In this document: in pieces, positions 37,298-49,344 of the stretch
Position numbering within the stretch: the first letter of the stretch is position 1
Layout of the letters: the number at the start of each line of letters is the position of its first letter
From: an uncultured Methanosarcinaceae archaeon
GTDB lineage: Archaea > Halobacteriota > Methanosarcinia > Methanosarcinales > Methanosarcinaceae
Length of the DNA: 64,000 nucleotides
Assembly: GCA_963833425.1 (NCBI GenBank)
Contig: CAWHXP010000012.1
Location: 32,001-96,000 of the forward strand
Direction: 5' to 3'
Translations under genes and position numbers: made by a program
Notes under the pieces: model-generated
Seen by the model: the letters and a program-made list of their open reading frames with translations, nothing else
What the model was told of the DNA's origin: nothing
Database searches by the model: none

Positions 37298-38441
37298 GAG
37301 AATTTCGATAACCTCCATGCTCTTGAGCATGGTTGGCTTTAAATTTGTCAGTATTTATGTATATTCATGAAAACTCTTACTGATTTTGCTCTTAAAGAAG
37401 AGTATAAACTTCTTGAATCTGTTGGAGATAAGCTTGCTGAAATTGCTTCCTTAATTGATTGGAAAGCGTTTCGTATTACTCTTGAGTCTATGTATATTAA
37501 CAAAGCCGTTTCAGGAGGGATACCTGAAACTGATGTCATTGTGATGTTCAAAATGCTTGTTTTACAACAATAGCATGTGCTCTCTGATTTTGAACTTGAG
37601 AAACATTGTATAGATCGAATTTCTTTTAGGAAATTCCTTGGATTTCCGGAATACATACCTGACAGTGCTACTGTATGGCTATTTAGGGAGAGAATTATCG
37701 AGAATTTCAAAGAAAATATAGGGAAAGTTGCAAGGCCAACTTGATGCTCTGGGTTTACAGATAAAGCAGGGAATGATTCAGAATGCTACTTTTATCCATT
37801 CAGATCCAGGACATGCAAAAGGAGATAAACCTCGAGGAGGTGAGGCAAAAACAAGAAGAAGCAGAGACGGAACCTGGACAAAGAAGGGAGATAAGTCTCA
37901 CTTTGGATATAAGTGTCATAATATAATAGACAGAGATTATGAGCTGATCAGAAGATTCAAAACAACAACTGCGTCAGTACATGATTCGTATGTAGATTTG
38001 ACAGAGGAAAATGAAGTGGTTTATAGGATAGAGGATACTTTGGAGCAAAAACGAAGGGGTATAATGCACCAATGAAAAGAGCGGTCAAAGGACATACGCT
38101 GGGAATAAAGGATATATTAAGAAATAAGAGAATTAGCTCAAAAAGAGTCCAAGGGAAAAGAGTTTATTCAGTAACGAAAGAAATTTTCAAAGCAGGAAGA
38201 GTTTTTGTTACTACTGTTAAAAGAGTAAATCTAAAAATGTTGTGTACGGCTTTTTGTTATAATCTCCATCAATTGAGGACATTGAAAATAAAAAAACTAT
38301 ATTGAAGATAGCGGGAGCTATCTTTAAAATCAAAGAATTGAGAATAAGTAAAGCCAAAAAGAGAAATTAAATAGAGAAATTGAGGGGAAGATATGAGAAA
38401 TCTCTGCTAAGAAATAAAATCCGAAGTTTATCGAAATCCTC
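37298..38441 (+). mobile_element. IS5-family element, copy 2, transposase disrupted
   Basis: TIRs GAGAATTTCGATAACCTCC / GAAGTTTATCGAAATCCTC; TTAA target duplication; highly similar to 660-1790. Confidence 0.93.
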
Positions 38442-39116
38442 TTAAATCTAATTTTTTATTTTTTAGATCAATACTAATCTCCCAATTTTATCAAAATTGA
38501 ATGAGGAGCTTTGTGACCACTTTTCTTCGGGAGAGGATCATCAATTAATTCCGGAAATGTCAAGTTCGTCATATACTCAGCGGTGAGACCATACTGACCT
38601 AGAAGAGTAGTAGATCCAGAGATAGTGGAAAGGGTCATCATGGAAAAGTGAGACGATATTTTATAAAAAGTAATTAATTATTTAAAAGATATGAAATTGG
38701 AAAAATTTTACTCTGGAAGTTGGATATGGTTTATTTTTATAAAAAATATAATTGGAGGTGGGGACGTCAATGGGAACTATACAGCCACAATCTCTCTAGA
38801 GCCACCAACTGTACTCTCATTCTCCGAGCAGTTTATTAAAAAATCTTCTTGTTATCGTGATCTAGTCTCAAATTATCCAAAACGTCTCGGTAGTTTCTGA
38901 ATTCATTTTTCTTATTATAATAATATTTTGTATTTTCGTGAAGCTGTCGAAGCATATGCGCCACATTAGCAAGTCGATTATAAGTCTTTCTTCATGGCTT
39001 TTGTACCTGTTATTGGGCATGTGCATCCACCTTTGGAAAATGACTATAAATTACCCATACAAAACAGCGAAGAGCTTAAAAGTTGAATTTGAGATAATGA
39101 ACTCAGGAGACATATT

Positions 39117-39909
39117 ATGATAGATCTATTTGAACTGTATTTTCACGAAGATTGTCCTTATGAAGATGAAAGTGTTGAATTGTTGGGAATAAAGGGAAAG
39201 AGGTACATTAAGGATTGTTTCCAGAGAGACTGGTGTTTGTGCCTGTGCAGACGAACTGGCTGAACATTATAGAAAAAACGGAATAAAAATGTTGGATTAC
39301 CTGAAAGAAGGTAAGAAGTTCGAATCCGGAGAGAAAATTTTAGAGGCTGAAGGCGACTTGAAACTCATTTTTAGATTTTGGAGAGTCTCTCAGACTTTTC
39401 TTTCGTTGATATGCGCAATTGCTGGAAAAACCGCCTCACTTGTTAGCGCAGGCAAAAAAGAAAACCCTGACATTATTATTGCAGCAACCAGGAAAACACA
39501 CACTGGAGCTAGATTTTTTGAGCTCAAAGCTGTTCGTGCAGGAGGGGGAGATATCCACAGGAACTCTCTTAGTGATTCCATTCAAATCAGCCAGAATCAT
39601 CTAGAAGTAGTTGGAGAGCTAAAAAAACTCCGGGCTATGAAGAAAATAGAAATTGAACCCCGTTCGAGGTAAAAAGCAATCAAATATGCAAAAATCGCAG
39701 ACATAATGCTTCTTGACCATCTATCCCCGACAGAATTGCGAAAGATCGGGCCAGAACTTAAGCAATTAAATCCCAAACTTGAGCTTGCAGTAGGAGGAAT
39801 TGAAGTGGAAAACATTCCTTATTATGCTCCTTTTGTGGATATTATTGTCATAAGCGCTCCATATTATGCAAAACCCTTGGACATGACAACAATAATAGAA
39901 AAAATATAA
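39117..39909 (+). pseudogene. modD: ModD-like (NadC/QAPRTase fold) protein, frameshift plus internal TAA
   Basis: EDCPYED..LGI, SRETGVCAC, AATRKT.TGAR..KAV.AGG..HR..LSD, MLLDH, AVGGI; located next to nif. Confidence 0.75.
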
Positions 39910-40314
39910 GAAATATGAGACGAAATTTCCGAGAAGAAGCATAAGGATGTATCCTATTACAGTCGGGAGCAAGACCAGGGTATAGAGTCAAGAAAACTAT
40001 CTGCTAGCCACTTTCCTGTGAACTCTATTTTTGCTAGCAGATAAGCAATTATAATTTAAGAATATCCACAAAGAAATATGAAACAGTGGCAATTTTAAGT
40101 GTAAGTATAGGTTGGCTTATGACCAATTGAAATGTTCCAATTAAATCCCTTTTCAGTTCCCTAGAGTCGTACTAATTTCTAAAAATTTTATGGCCTTTCC
40201 TGGTTTTTACGGAGCTTCTTCCACTTCGTGGGATGTCGCGAAGAAAGCAACCACGCCAAAAGGCAGAAAACCACTGTAAGGACTAAAAGTATCAGTTTTT
40301 TTCCGTTCTTTAAT

Positions 40315-41748
40315 TCATGTCATTCCCTCAATACATTCCTCCTCGGTTACCTTACTGGTATATGTTGCTGGTTTTGCCTGTACAGGTGAGGTGAAAGTAT
40401 CAGTTGCTTCAAGGATGGCATTCGTGATCCTGTCCAACAGTTCCAGTGCTCCCCCGTATCCGACAGTAAGGATACGCTGTGCACCCACCCTATCGTGGAT
40501 TGGCAGGCCAACCCTTACAAGAGGAATATCTCGGGCTTTGGCAATGTATCTCCCATTTGAGTTTCCGATCAGGATATCCGGGCTGCAGTCGTTGACCGCG
40601 TCATTCAGACTATCAAAATCAATTCCATCAAGAACCACAGGTTCCAGTTCTGGCCTGATCTCTTTGAATATTTGCCTGATTCTCATTCCAAAGTCCCGGC
40701 TTTTGCTCCCGGTGGCTACTAGTACTGGATGCATCCCCATTTCCAGCATGAATGTCGTGAGGCTAAATACCATGTCAGGGTCCCCGTAAACTGCTGCTTT
40801 TACACCATAAAGATACTTGTGTACATCCACCATGGCATCTAGGAGCCTTCCTCTTTCTTTTTGGTACTTTTCAGGAATCGGGCAGTTGAGGATGCTAACT
40901 AGTTCCGTAAAGAAATTATCCGTGTTTGAAAGCCCTATTGGTATTGGAACATTGTGTCCTGGCACACTATAGTATCCTTTCAGATATTCCAGTGCCAGGT
41001 TCTTGCTGACTATACCCAAGCCCAAGCTTGCCCGACTATTAGGCATATCCTCAATTTCGGAAAGTAGAGTGCCTCCGGGAGCAATTTTAGGGAAATCGTC
41101 TCTCAGAGGAGCGTCAAAGGTTTCTGAAATGTCAGGCAGGAAGATGTAATTATCTGCAGTAACCTCAAGGATCTCTTTGATCTCCCGTACATCTGCAGGA
41201 GAGAGACTCTCAACAGTGATTAGATTAATTTTTCCGTTCGGAATTTTTACGGCTCGTCCTTTTCCTTGATTTTCTGCAAATTTTCTGACAACTGCTTCTA
41301 AGGCTTTTATGTACCCACTTACGTGGCTCTCTCCATAGCTGGGAGTGGAAACTGGAATAATTATGATATCTTTTTCGAGATCATCTCCAATCTCCTCCTC
41401 TTCTTTGAATTCTCGGATTATCGCAGGTACGTCGTCCCCGATAGTTTCGGCAAGGCAGGTAGTAGCAACGCCAATTATCTTCGGTTTATACCTGTTGATG
41501 ACGTTTCTTAACCCTTTTTTCAGGTTTTCCCTGCCTCCATATACTGCTCCCTTTTCGCTGAGGGAACTCGATGCAATGTCCACAGGTTCTCTGAAATGGT
41601 GGGCAAGGTGCAGGCGCATGTAAGTGCTGCAGCCCTGGGAACCGTGATAGAGAACCATCGTGCTTTCAATTCCCTTGAAAGCAAGGGCACTTCCCATAGG
41701 CTGGCACATGATACAGGGGTTTACGGTTGTATAGCTCCTTTTCGTCAT
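40315..41748 (-). CDS. nifN: FeMo-cofactor scaffold NifN
   Basis: NPCIMCQPMG, HGSQGCSTY, HDRVG; operon position. Confidence 0.95.
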   Translation of the reverse strand: MTKRSYTTVNPCIMCQPMGSALAFKGIESTMVLYHGSQGCSTYMRLHLAHHFREPVDIASSSLSEKGAVYGGRENLKKGLRNVINRYKPKIIGVATTCLAETIGDDVPAIIREFKEEEEIGDDLEKDIIIIPVSTPSYGESHVSGYIKALEAVVRKFAENQGKGRAVKIPNGKINLITVESLSPADVREIKEILEVTADNYIFLPDISETFDAPLRDDFPKIAPGGTLLSEIEDMPNSRASLGLGIVSKNLALEYLKGYYSVPGHNVPIPIGLSNTDNFFTELVSILNCPIPEKYQKERGRLLDAMVDVHKYLYGVKAAVYGDPDMVFSLTTFMLEMGMHPVLVATGSKSRDFGMRIRQIFKEIRPELEPVVLDGIDFDSLNDAVNDCSPDILIGNSNGRYIAKARDIPLVRVGLPIHDRVGAQRILTVGYGGALELLDRITNAILEATDTFTSPVQAKPATYTSKVTEEECIEGMT

Positions 41749-41829
41749 CTTGATGCCTCTCCATATATTTGACTTTCAGCTGCTACATCTATGTTAGGGT
41801 GCAAAAATTCGGGTTCCACGGCCATGATT

Positions 41830-43311
41830 TTATACTCTTTTGCATTTGGTTCTCCAGAAATCTTTTCTTTTACTGCTTCTCTTTCCTGATCTCATTGCTT
41901 CGGGTTTCAGGATCCTCTGTCTGATAGATTTCCAGACAGGGCTGTTAATGGAGGCGTCTACTTCTCGCGCGAAATTTACAAAGCCATCAAAGCCTTCGAA
42001 CTTCACTACCCTATCGTGGTTAAAGTCGCAGAAAGCAATACCTAGCTTGTATGCTATAAACCTCTCCTTTACGCCCGCAACCATCAGGTCAGCTTTTTGT
42101 TTCACGAGCAATTCGGCAAGTTCCAAGGGGTTTGCATCGTCCACAATAACCGTCCCATTCCTGACCGAATAGCTGATCTGCTCATAGTCTTCCTTTTGCC
42201 CAGTCTGGGTCCCGATGATGACCACATCCATGCCAAGTTCGGAAAAGCCTTTGATAAGCGTTAGAGCTTTAGCAGGCCCTCCCATGTAAATGGCAGCCTT
42301 TTTCCCTTTGACCCTCTCTCGAACTCGGGAAATTTCAGGCATTATACGGTTTGTTTCGGTTTTCAGAATTTCTTCTGCTTTCTCTTTGATATCTTCTGAG
42401 CCAAAGTATTCTGCAGTCTTTCGCAGGGCTATTGAGATATCTTCAATTCCAAAGAAGCTTACAGTAAGATATGGAATTCCATACTCTTTCTGCATCCATT
42501 TTGCAAGATAAGTCATGGACCCGCTGCACTGCACGAGATTAAGGTCGGCTTCAGCTGCTCGTGATATAGATTTGACAGTTGAATCCCCTGTTACGGAGAC
42601 TATGACTTCAATTCCCATTTGCTCAAACAGGGGTTTTATTAGCCAGACGTCCCCAGCCACATTGAAGTCTCCGAGGATATTGATCCTTGGTTTCATGATT
42701 TCATGGCTTATTTCGGGTTTATTTTCTGCAGCTTTCTCTTCCTGAGGTCTTTTGATTAACTGCTTCAAAGCATCACAGGCAGCCTTGTACCCATCGGATT
42801 TATTGCCTTTGAACCCTTCTGACTTTACAGGGATTACCGGAATATTATGCTTCATGCTTGCTATTTTGCATACGGCTTCAATGTCATCCCCTATAATTCC
42901 CACAATGCATGTTGAATAAACTAAAATAATCGGGGGATGGTAGAGCCCCACAAGTTCATCAATGGCATTTGATAGTTTTTTCTCTCCTCCGAATATAACA
43001 TCGAGCTCTTTCATATCTGTGCTGAAACTGCTGCGGTTTGTCTCTACCCCACTGGACTTTGCGCCCCTTATATCCCAGGTATAACCTGCACAACCAATTG
43101 GGCCGTGGACAAGATGTATGGCATCAGTTATTGGATTTAAGACAACCCTGGCTCCCGAATAGACACATGCCCTCTGGCTAATAGCCCCTGCCAGGGAATT
43201 ATTGTCGCAGGCAAGGGGGATTATCTGTCCTTTTTCCTGCTTTCTGGCAATGTATGGTTGCCTTTCCTCTAGAGTATCCACTATTCCGGTTTTCTCTTTC
43301 ATATCTTTCAC
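41830..43311 (-). CDS. nifE: FeMo-cofactor scaffold NifE
   Basis: SQRACVYSGA, HGPIGC, STC..GDD, LVQCSGS, FNH. Confidence 0.95.
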   Translation of the reverse strand: MKDMKEKTGIVDTLEERQPYIARKQEKGQIIPLACDNNSLAGAISQRACVYSGARVVLNPITDAIHLVHGPIGCAGYTWDIRGAKSSGVETNRSSFSTDMKELDVIFGGEKKLSNAIDELVGLYHPPIILVYSTCIVGIIGDDIEAVCKIASMKHNIPVIPVKSEGFKGNKSDGYKAACDALKQLIKRPQEEKAAENKPEISHEIMKPRINILGDFNVAGDVWLIKPLFEQMGIEVIVSVTGDSTVKSISRAAEADLNLVQCSGSMTYLAKWMQKEYGIPYLTVSFFGIEDISIALRKTAEYFGSEDIKEKAEEILKTETNRIMPEISRVRERVKGKKAAIYMGGPAKALTLIKGFSELGMDVVIIGTQTGQKEDYEQISYSVRNGTVIVDDANPLELAELLVKQKADLMVAGVKERFIAYKLGIAFCDFNHDRVVKFEGFDGFVNFAREVDASINSPVWKSIRQRILKPEAMRSGKRSSKRKDFWRTKCKRV

Positions 43312-43464
43312 TACCCTCTGCTTCTGTTTTCAGATTTGCAGCGACAATTATTTGGTTTTTCAGTTTTTTGCTTCTCAGTTTATTCTCGGTTTTAATTTCG
43401 CGACTTTAGATTCTTAATTATCTTATGGAACTGTATCATGAATTATTATTTTGAATCAGGTTCT

Positions 43465-44835
43465 TTACTGAATAGTTTCGAGCAGCCAGTCAGGTGCATC
43501 CCTGTCTTTTCTATCAAGTAGGATGTTTCCTATGCGTTCTACTAGTCTTGCAGCGCCTGCATATCCCATGATCGGGAAGTAGTGAAGATTTGCCCTATCC
43601 ATGATTGGGAAGCCTACCCTTATCAGGGGTATATCCTCTGCCCTTGCTATGAATTTTCCGTATGTATTGCCGATAAGGAGATCCACAGGGTTTCTCTTAA
43701 TAATCTGGTGAAGCATGAAGAGGTCCCCTCCCGAAATAACATCTGCTTCCGGGTATTCAGAGCCAATAAGATCTTCCATTTCTTTTTCAAACTCCGAGCT
43801 CTGAGTACCAGTGAGCATTACACTGGGTTCCATACCCATTTCCAGTATAAGGCTCGTGAGACCCGCAATGATGTCCGGATCTCCGTAAATGGCAACCTTT
43901 TTTGCGTGGTAATGTGGATGGGCATCAGTCATCATGTCTACCAGCCTACCGCGCTCATCCTCAAGTCTAGGAGGAATCGCCACATTGGCAAGCTTTGCTG
44001 CGTTCATGATGAAACGATCAGTATTTCTGATTCCTATGGGAATAGGCCCTATTTTTGCAGGGACTTTATAGCGACTTTCAAGGATCTTTGCTGCAGCGCC
44101 TCCTGCCATCCTACAGAGGGCAATCGTCCCGAAGGAATTTGCGGAATCTTCGATATCCCCGATCGGAGTCCCGCCTTTCGGATACATTGAAGATTCTCCG
44201 GTGAGTGGGGCATCAAAGACGTCGGTAGTATCTGGGAAGACGATGTTGGAGATTTTCATTATTGAAAGTATGCGTTTTATTTCCCTAATGTCGCCAGGTT
44301 CCACAAAGCCAGGAATAATATTGAGTTTTCCATTTGGTTTGCTTTTTTTGGCAAAGGTTGTCACGAAAGACTTTACCATATTATCATAACCAGTAACATG
44401 AGTTCCCACGTAACTGGGAGTAGAAGCTGCACAGATTTTGATAGAAGGATCTACGAGTTCTTCCATTCGGACATCTTCTACGATAGTATTCACATCGTCT
44501 CCTATGGTTTCTGCCACACAGGTGGTGTGAATCGCGATCACTTCGGGCTTGTAGATTGTAGTTAGGTTTTCAAGAGCTTCCTTGAGATTTGCTGCGCCTC
44601 CGAAAACAGCGGTCCCTTCTGAAAAGCTGCTAGTAGTGCCCATTGCATTTTCACGGTAATGCCTACTCAGACACATGCGCAGATAAGAAAGGCAACCTTG
44701 GGACCCATGGCTGTGTGGCATACAGTTGTGAACTCCAAGGGCAGCATAGACTGCGCCGATTGGCTGGCAGATCTTTGCAGGGTTAATGGTTACCGCTTCT
44801 CTGGTTACTTCTTCACATGAGGTGTAGTCTAACAT
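43465..44835 (-). CDS. nifK: Nitrogenase MoFe protein beta chain
   Basis: INPAKICQPIGA, HGSQGC, TTCVAETIGDD, GFPIMDR; start MLDY behind GGAGG. Confidence 0.97.
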   Translation of the reverse strand: MLDYTSCEEVTREAVTINPAKICQPIGAVYAALGVHNCMPHSHGSQGCLSYLRMCLSRHYRENAMGTTSSFSEGTAVFGGAANLKEALENLTTIYKPEVIAIHTTCVAETIGDDVNTIVEDVRMEELVDPSIKICAASTPSYVGTHVTGYDNMVKSFVTTFAKKSKPNGKLNIIPGFVEPGDIREIKRILSIMKISNIVFPDTTDVFDAPLTGESSMYPKGGTPIGDIEDSANSFGTIALCRMAGGAAAKILESRYKVPAKIGPIPIGIRNTDRFIMNAAKLANVAIPPRLEDERGRLVDMMTDAHPHYHAKKVAIYGDPDIIAGLTSLILEMGMEPSVMLTGTQSSEFEKEMEDLIGSEYPEADVISGGDLFMLHQIIKRNPVDLLIGNTYGKFIARAEDIPLIRVGFPIMDRANLHYFPIMGYAGAARLVERIGNILLDRKDRDAPDWLLETIQ

Positions 44836-44846
44836 TTTTTCCCTCC

Positions 44847-46445
44847 TTAATCTACTACTCCAGCTTTCCAAGGCGGGCGTATAAACCTCCAGGTCGGGCT
44901 GTGCAGGGCCATGTCAATATCTCTTGCGAAATTTAAAACCCCGGAAAAGCCTGTATATCTTCCGCTGTAATCATAGGAATGAATCTGTCGTGATGGGATT
45001 CCGAGCTTTTGGGCCCAATACTTGTCCTTGATCCCTGAACAGAAGAGGGCAGGTTTAAGGGCCTTTACAAGAGCTTCGGTCTCATGATGATTGAGATCGT
45101 CAACTACGATTGTTCCATCCTTTATTTCAGGGAAAAGACCTTCATAGTCCATGAGCCCAATTTTCTTTTTCAGCTCTTCAATCCTCTCCTTACTGACCGC
45201 AGGTTCAATATTTTCATCCCTCTCGTAATGTATGTCCTCAAGGATGGAACCCAAAGCTCCTTGCTTTATCTCTGGAATGATCTGTCGACCTTCGTAGTCG
45301 TCCCTGTGGGCAAACTGGTATCCTGCAACAACTATTTTCATGCCGAGTTCTTCGAAGAGGTTCACGTAGTGATGGCTCCTTGAACCTCCTGCATAGATAA
45401 AGACAGATTTGCCCTGAAGTTTTTTCCTGTATTTTTCAATATCAGCCTGGTATTTTGCTTTTTCTTCAGCAATGATTTCTTCAGTTTTCCTAGTGAGTCC
45501 CGGGTCATCAAAGAACTCTGCCATTTTCCGAAGAGATTTAGCTGTACCTTTGGTACCCACGTAGTTTACCTTCAGCCAGGGGACCCCGTATTTTTCTTCC
45601 ATCATCCGATTCGTGTAGTTGATGGAACGGTGGCAGAGCAGGATGCTGAGCTTTGCTTTATGGGCTTTTGCAAGTTTATGGAATGACCCATCTCCTGTGA
45701 AAGTCGAGACTATCTTGTAACCTATTTTTTCAAGAATTGGCTTGATTTCCCATAAGTCTCCTCCGATATTGTATTCTCCGAATATATTGATGTCAAAGGG
45801 AGTAGGATTTTCAAGTTCCTCGGTTCCGATCAGATGTTCCATCAGGGAATTGCTTGCAATGTGGTGCCCTGCCGACTGGCTTACCCCCCTGTATCCTTCA
45901 CAGCGAGAAGGAATTACCTTGATCCCATGCTGTTTTTCAGCTTCCCTAGCAACAGATTCGATATCATCTCCTATTAGCCCTACAGGACAGGTTGCAGAGA
46001 TACTTATGGCTCCGGGCTTGAATATCTTCACAACCTCATCAATGGCTTTCTTAAGTTTTTTCTCACCGCCGAAAACGATATCAGTTTCTTTCATATCTGT
46101 GCATACGCAATAGTTGAGGAAATTGTCTTCACCTTCTTCTGCCTTTGCAAAGTTTCGCCTGGTTCCCCAAGTGAAGTATGCGCAGCCAATAGGGCCATGA
46201 ACCAGGTGAACCATATCTTTTATTGGCCCGAAGACTACTCCCTTGGAACCAGCAAAGGCACAGCCACGGTTTGTGAGGATTCCTGGAATTACCTTCTCAT
46301 CAGCTTCAATATGCTGTTCAGTCGAGCAGTCCCTGACAACTATATGCTTTCTCCGGTTCTTTGCAGCTTTTTCCGGGAGCACTTTCAGCATGTTATCTAC
46401 AAGCTGCTGTTTATCTTCAATTCTCTGATCTATTTCAGCTCCCAT
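44847..46445 (-). CDS. nifD: Nitrogenase MoFe protein alpha chain (group II type)
   Basis: RGCAFAG, HGPIGC, GVSQSAGHH, LCHRS, GGSRSHH, HSYDY; long internal insertion. Confidence 0.98.
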   Translation of the reverse strand: MGAEIDQRIEDKQQLVDNMLKVLPEKAAKNRRKHIVVRDCSTEQHIEADEKVIPGILTNRGCAFAGSKGVVFGPIKDMVHLVHGPIGCAYFTWGTRRNFAKAEEGEDNFLNYCVCTDMKETDIVFGGEKKLKKAIDEVVKIFKPGAISISATCPVGLIGDDIESVAREAEKQHGIKVIPSRCEGYRGVSQSAGHHIASNSLMEHLIGTEELENPTPFDINIFGEYNIGGDLWEIKPILEKIGYKIVSTFTGDGSFHKLAKAHKAKLSILLCHRSINYTNRMMEEKYGVPWLKVNYVGTKGTAKSLRKMAEFFDDPGLTRKTEEIIAEEKAKYQADIEKYRKKLQGKSVFIYAGGSRSHHYVNLFEELGMKIVVAGYQFAHRDDYEGRQIIPEIKQGALGSILEDIHYERDENIEPAVSKERIEELKKKIGLMDYEGLFPEIKDGTIVVDDLNHHETEALVKALKPALFCSGIKDKYWAQKLGIPSRQIHSYDYSGRYTGFSGVLNFARDIDMALHSPTWRFIRPPWKAGVVD

Positions 46446-46826
46446 TTACATCAACTCCTTAGTAACGGTCATTTCTCCGCTTTCCCCAGTCCGGATGCGG
46501 AGCGCTTCACTAATATTTGACACGAAAATCTTTCCGTCTCCTACATGCCCGGTCTGGTTTACTTCAATTATTTTTTGAACCACTTCTTTTACGCTTGCAT
46601 CGTCCACTACGATGGTAAACATCCTTTTTGGAATGAAACGGATACAGTTCTCAGCTTCTTCTTTCTTAGGATCTGGCAGGGGTGGATCAAACTCAAAGCA
46701 TAGCCCTTTTTGCTTCCCGCGGCCCATTACCCTATTTACGGTAAACGAGGGAAAGCCACATTCAAGGAGAGCATCTTTAGTTTTCTGGACTTTGTTCATT
46801 CTGATTATTGCTGTAATCTCTTTCAT
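46446..46826 (-). CDS. nifI2: PII-family regulator NifI2
   Basis: [36 protein letters not shown]. Confidence 0.95.
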   Translation of the reverse strand: MKEITAIIRMNKVQKTKDALLECGFPSFTVNRVMGRGKQKGLCFEFDPPLPDPKKEEAENCIRFIPKRMFTIVVDDASVKEVVQKIIEVNQTGHVGDGKIFVSNISEALRIRTGESGEMTVTKELM

Positions 46827-46851
46827 GGGATTATCCTCCGAAAATCTGGCT

Positions 46852-47169
46852 TTAAAGTCCGGGTTTTCCACTCCTTATGGTATAGGCTTCTTCAACTGGA
46901 TTTACGAAAATTCTTCCGTCTCCATATTTTCCAGTCCTTGCTGATTCCATTATGGCCTGTACAACTTTGTCCTTGTATTCGTCCTCGACTACCATCATGA
47001 GCATAATCTTCTGCAATTCATCGTAGTGGATGTCTGCAATATGAATCCCCTTTTGCTTCCCTCTTCCAAAGACTTCCATCTTGGTCAGAGAAATGCAGCC
47101 TTTTTTTTCAAGATTTTCGATAACTTTAGATTCCATGCCTGGCCTGATTATTGCGCGTATCATTTGCAT
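46852..47169 (-). CDS. nifI1: PII-family regulator NifI1
   Basis: [32 protein letters not shown]. Confidence 0.95.
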   Translation of the reverse strand: MQMIRAIIRPGMESKVIENLEKKGCISLTKMEVFGRGKQKGIHIADIHYDELQKIMLMMVVEDEYKDKVVQAIMESARTGKYGDGRIFVNPVEEAYTIRSGKPGL

Positions 47170-47192
47170 TTTTATCTCCTCTGCATCTCAAA

Positions 47193-48117
<925 letters not shown>

Positions 48118-48734
48118 ACATTTCAAGAGTTTTGTATCCAAATTCCCAACAATGCTTTAAAAAAGAAATGCTTTCTTGTTTCTTATTTTTGAAAATTATT
48201 CAAACATTGTAACTATTCTCCCTGGGGGAAAAAATATTTATAAACATCTTCACCAAGATTCACTTAACAATTTCGGTGAACTTATTTAATTTAACCATAG
48301 GCTATTGATCAGGTTTTTTATTTTACCATCAGTTAGTAATCAAAGGATATCTATTGAATTAAGATGATACCAATCAACTATTTAGGTAGGCTGAATAGTT
48401 ACTATATTTTTACTATATAAAACTTGAAAATTGATATTACTTATCCGATTTTCATCAAAAATAGTTTCTACGAAATGTTAGTTCCTTATTGATATTTCAT
48501 TATACTTTATAAAATATGACTAAGAATAATCATATAATTCAATTTAAATTCATAAAAGTCGGCAAATAAATAATTATTGGTAAATATATAAAAGATTTTT
48601 TTCTAATATACAAACTGGGGCATCAAGGTGTATATGGGTATTTATCAATGCACTTGCCGATTGGAAGTAAATTGAAAAGCCAATAACCTTCAAAAGTTGT
48701 ATAAATTGGAAACAAGTTCGGAGTGTATACAAAT

Positions 48735-49070
48735 ATGGAGAAACAAAAATATGACAGAATAAAAATACTTGGCATTCTTATATTAGTCTTTTTAGTAGTG
48801 CCATTGACAGCTGTGGCAGCGAGCGCAGCTTCTGGTCCTGATGATCATGGTCACGGTGGTCATGGTCGCGGTGGTCATGGTAATGGTGGTTATGGTCCAG
48901 GCAACTTTGGCGGACCTGGTTTTGGATGGGGAGGTCCATTCGGATCTTACCCTCCTGCTCCCTATGGCATGAGCGGTGACAACGATGTCGTATGTGGACC
49001 TTATGGATGCATGTGGAACCAAGATAACCACTATATTGTGAAAAATACTATAGCTGAAAATGGTTGGTAA
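48735..49070 (+). CDS. Small secreted Gly/His-rich protein
   Basis: Hydrophobic signal ILGILILVFLVVPLTAVAASA; HGHGGHGRGGHG..GFGWGG; CGPYGC. Confidence 0.7.
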   Translation: MEKQKYDRIKILGILILVFLVVPLTAVAASAASGPDDHGHGGHGRGGHGNGGYGPGNFGGPGFGWGGPFGSYPPAPYGMSGDNDVVCGPYGCMWNQDNHYIVKNTIAENGW

Positions 49071-49085
49071 AAATAAATGGTTATT

Positions 49086-49111
49086 TTGTCAACGATCGAG
49101 ATCGTTGACAA
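49086..49111 (+). terminator. Inverted repeat with perfect 12-bp arms after the Gly-rich gene
   Basis: TTGTCAACGATC-GA-GATCGTTGACAA. Confidence 0.6.
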
Positions 49112-49344
49112 TTCAAACCATGGCTTTCGAATGAACATTTTGGGGCATTTTATTGTATATAAATCTGTATTAAGGCGTAGTTTATCGAGAAATGACTATT
49201 AGTAAATAAAATTGCAAATAAAATACCTCCTGTATTTTTAATTTTTTTAGCATATAATAAGTTCCAAAAATGTATTCCCTATATTGAATACGTCTAGTGA
49301 ATACCAACAAATCAATAACATAAATCAGTTATGTAGGCCAAAGC

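Noticed and set aside
37571..37573. In-frame TAG as a possible pyrrolysine codon (also TAG at 17684 and 36594)
   Set aside because: 37571 is a TGG>TAG change in an IS that has further frameshifts; the other two arise from upstream frameshifts, so readthrough would not restore the proteins
38500..38655. GC-richer patch resembling a structured RNA or tRNA fragment
   Set aside because: No T-loop or acceptor stem; the end reads VVDPEIVERVIMEK*, more like a coding relic
41750..41900. Possible frameshift in the NifE tail
   Set aside because: An alternative frame is open there, but it lies beyond the conserved core in a variable tail; cannot be decided without orthologs
44847..46445. Alternative (V or Fe-only) nitrogenase
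   Set aside because: No G subunit between D and K; cofactor-site motifs and nifEN fit a Mo enzyme
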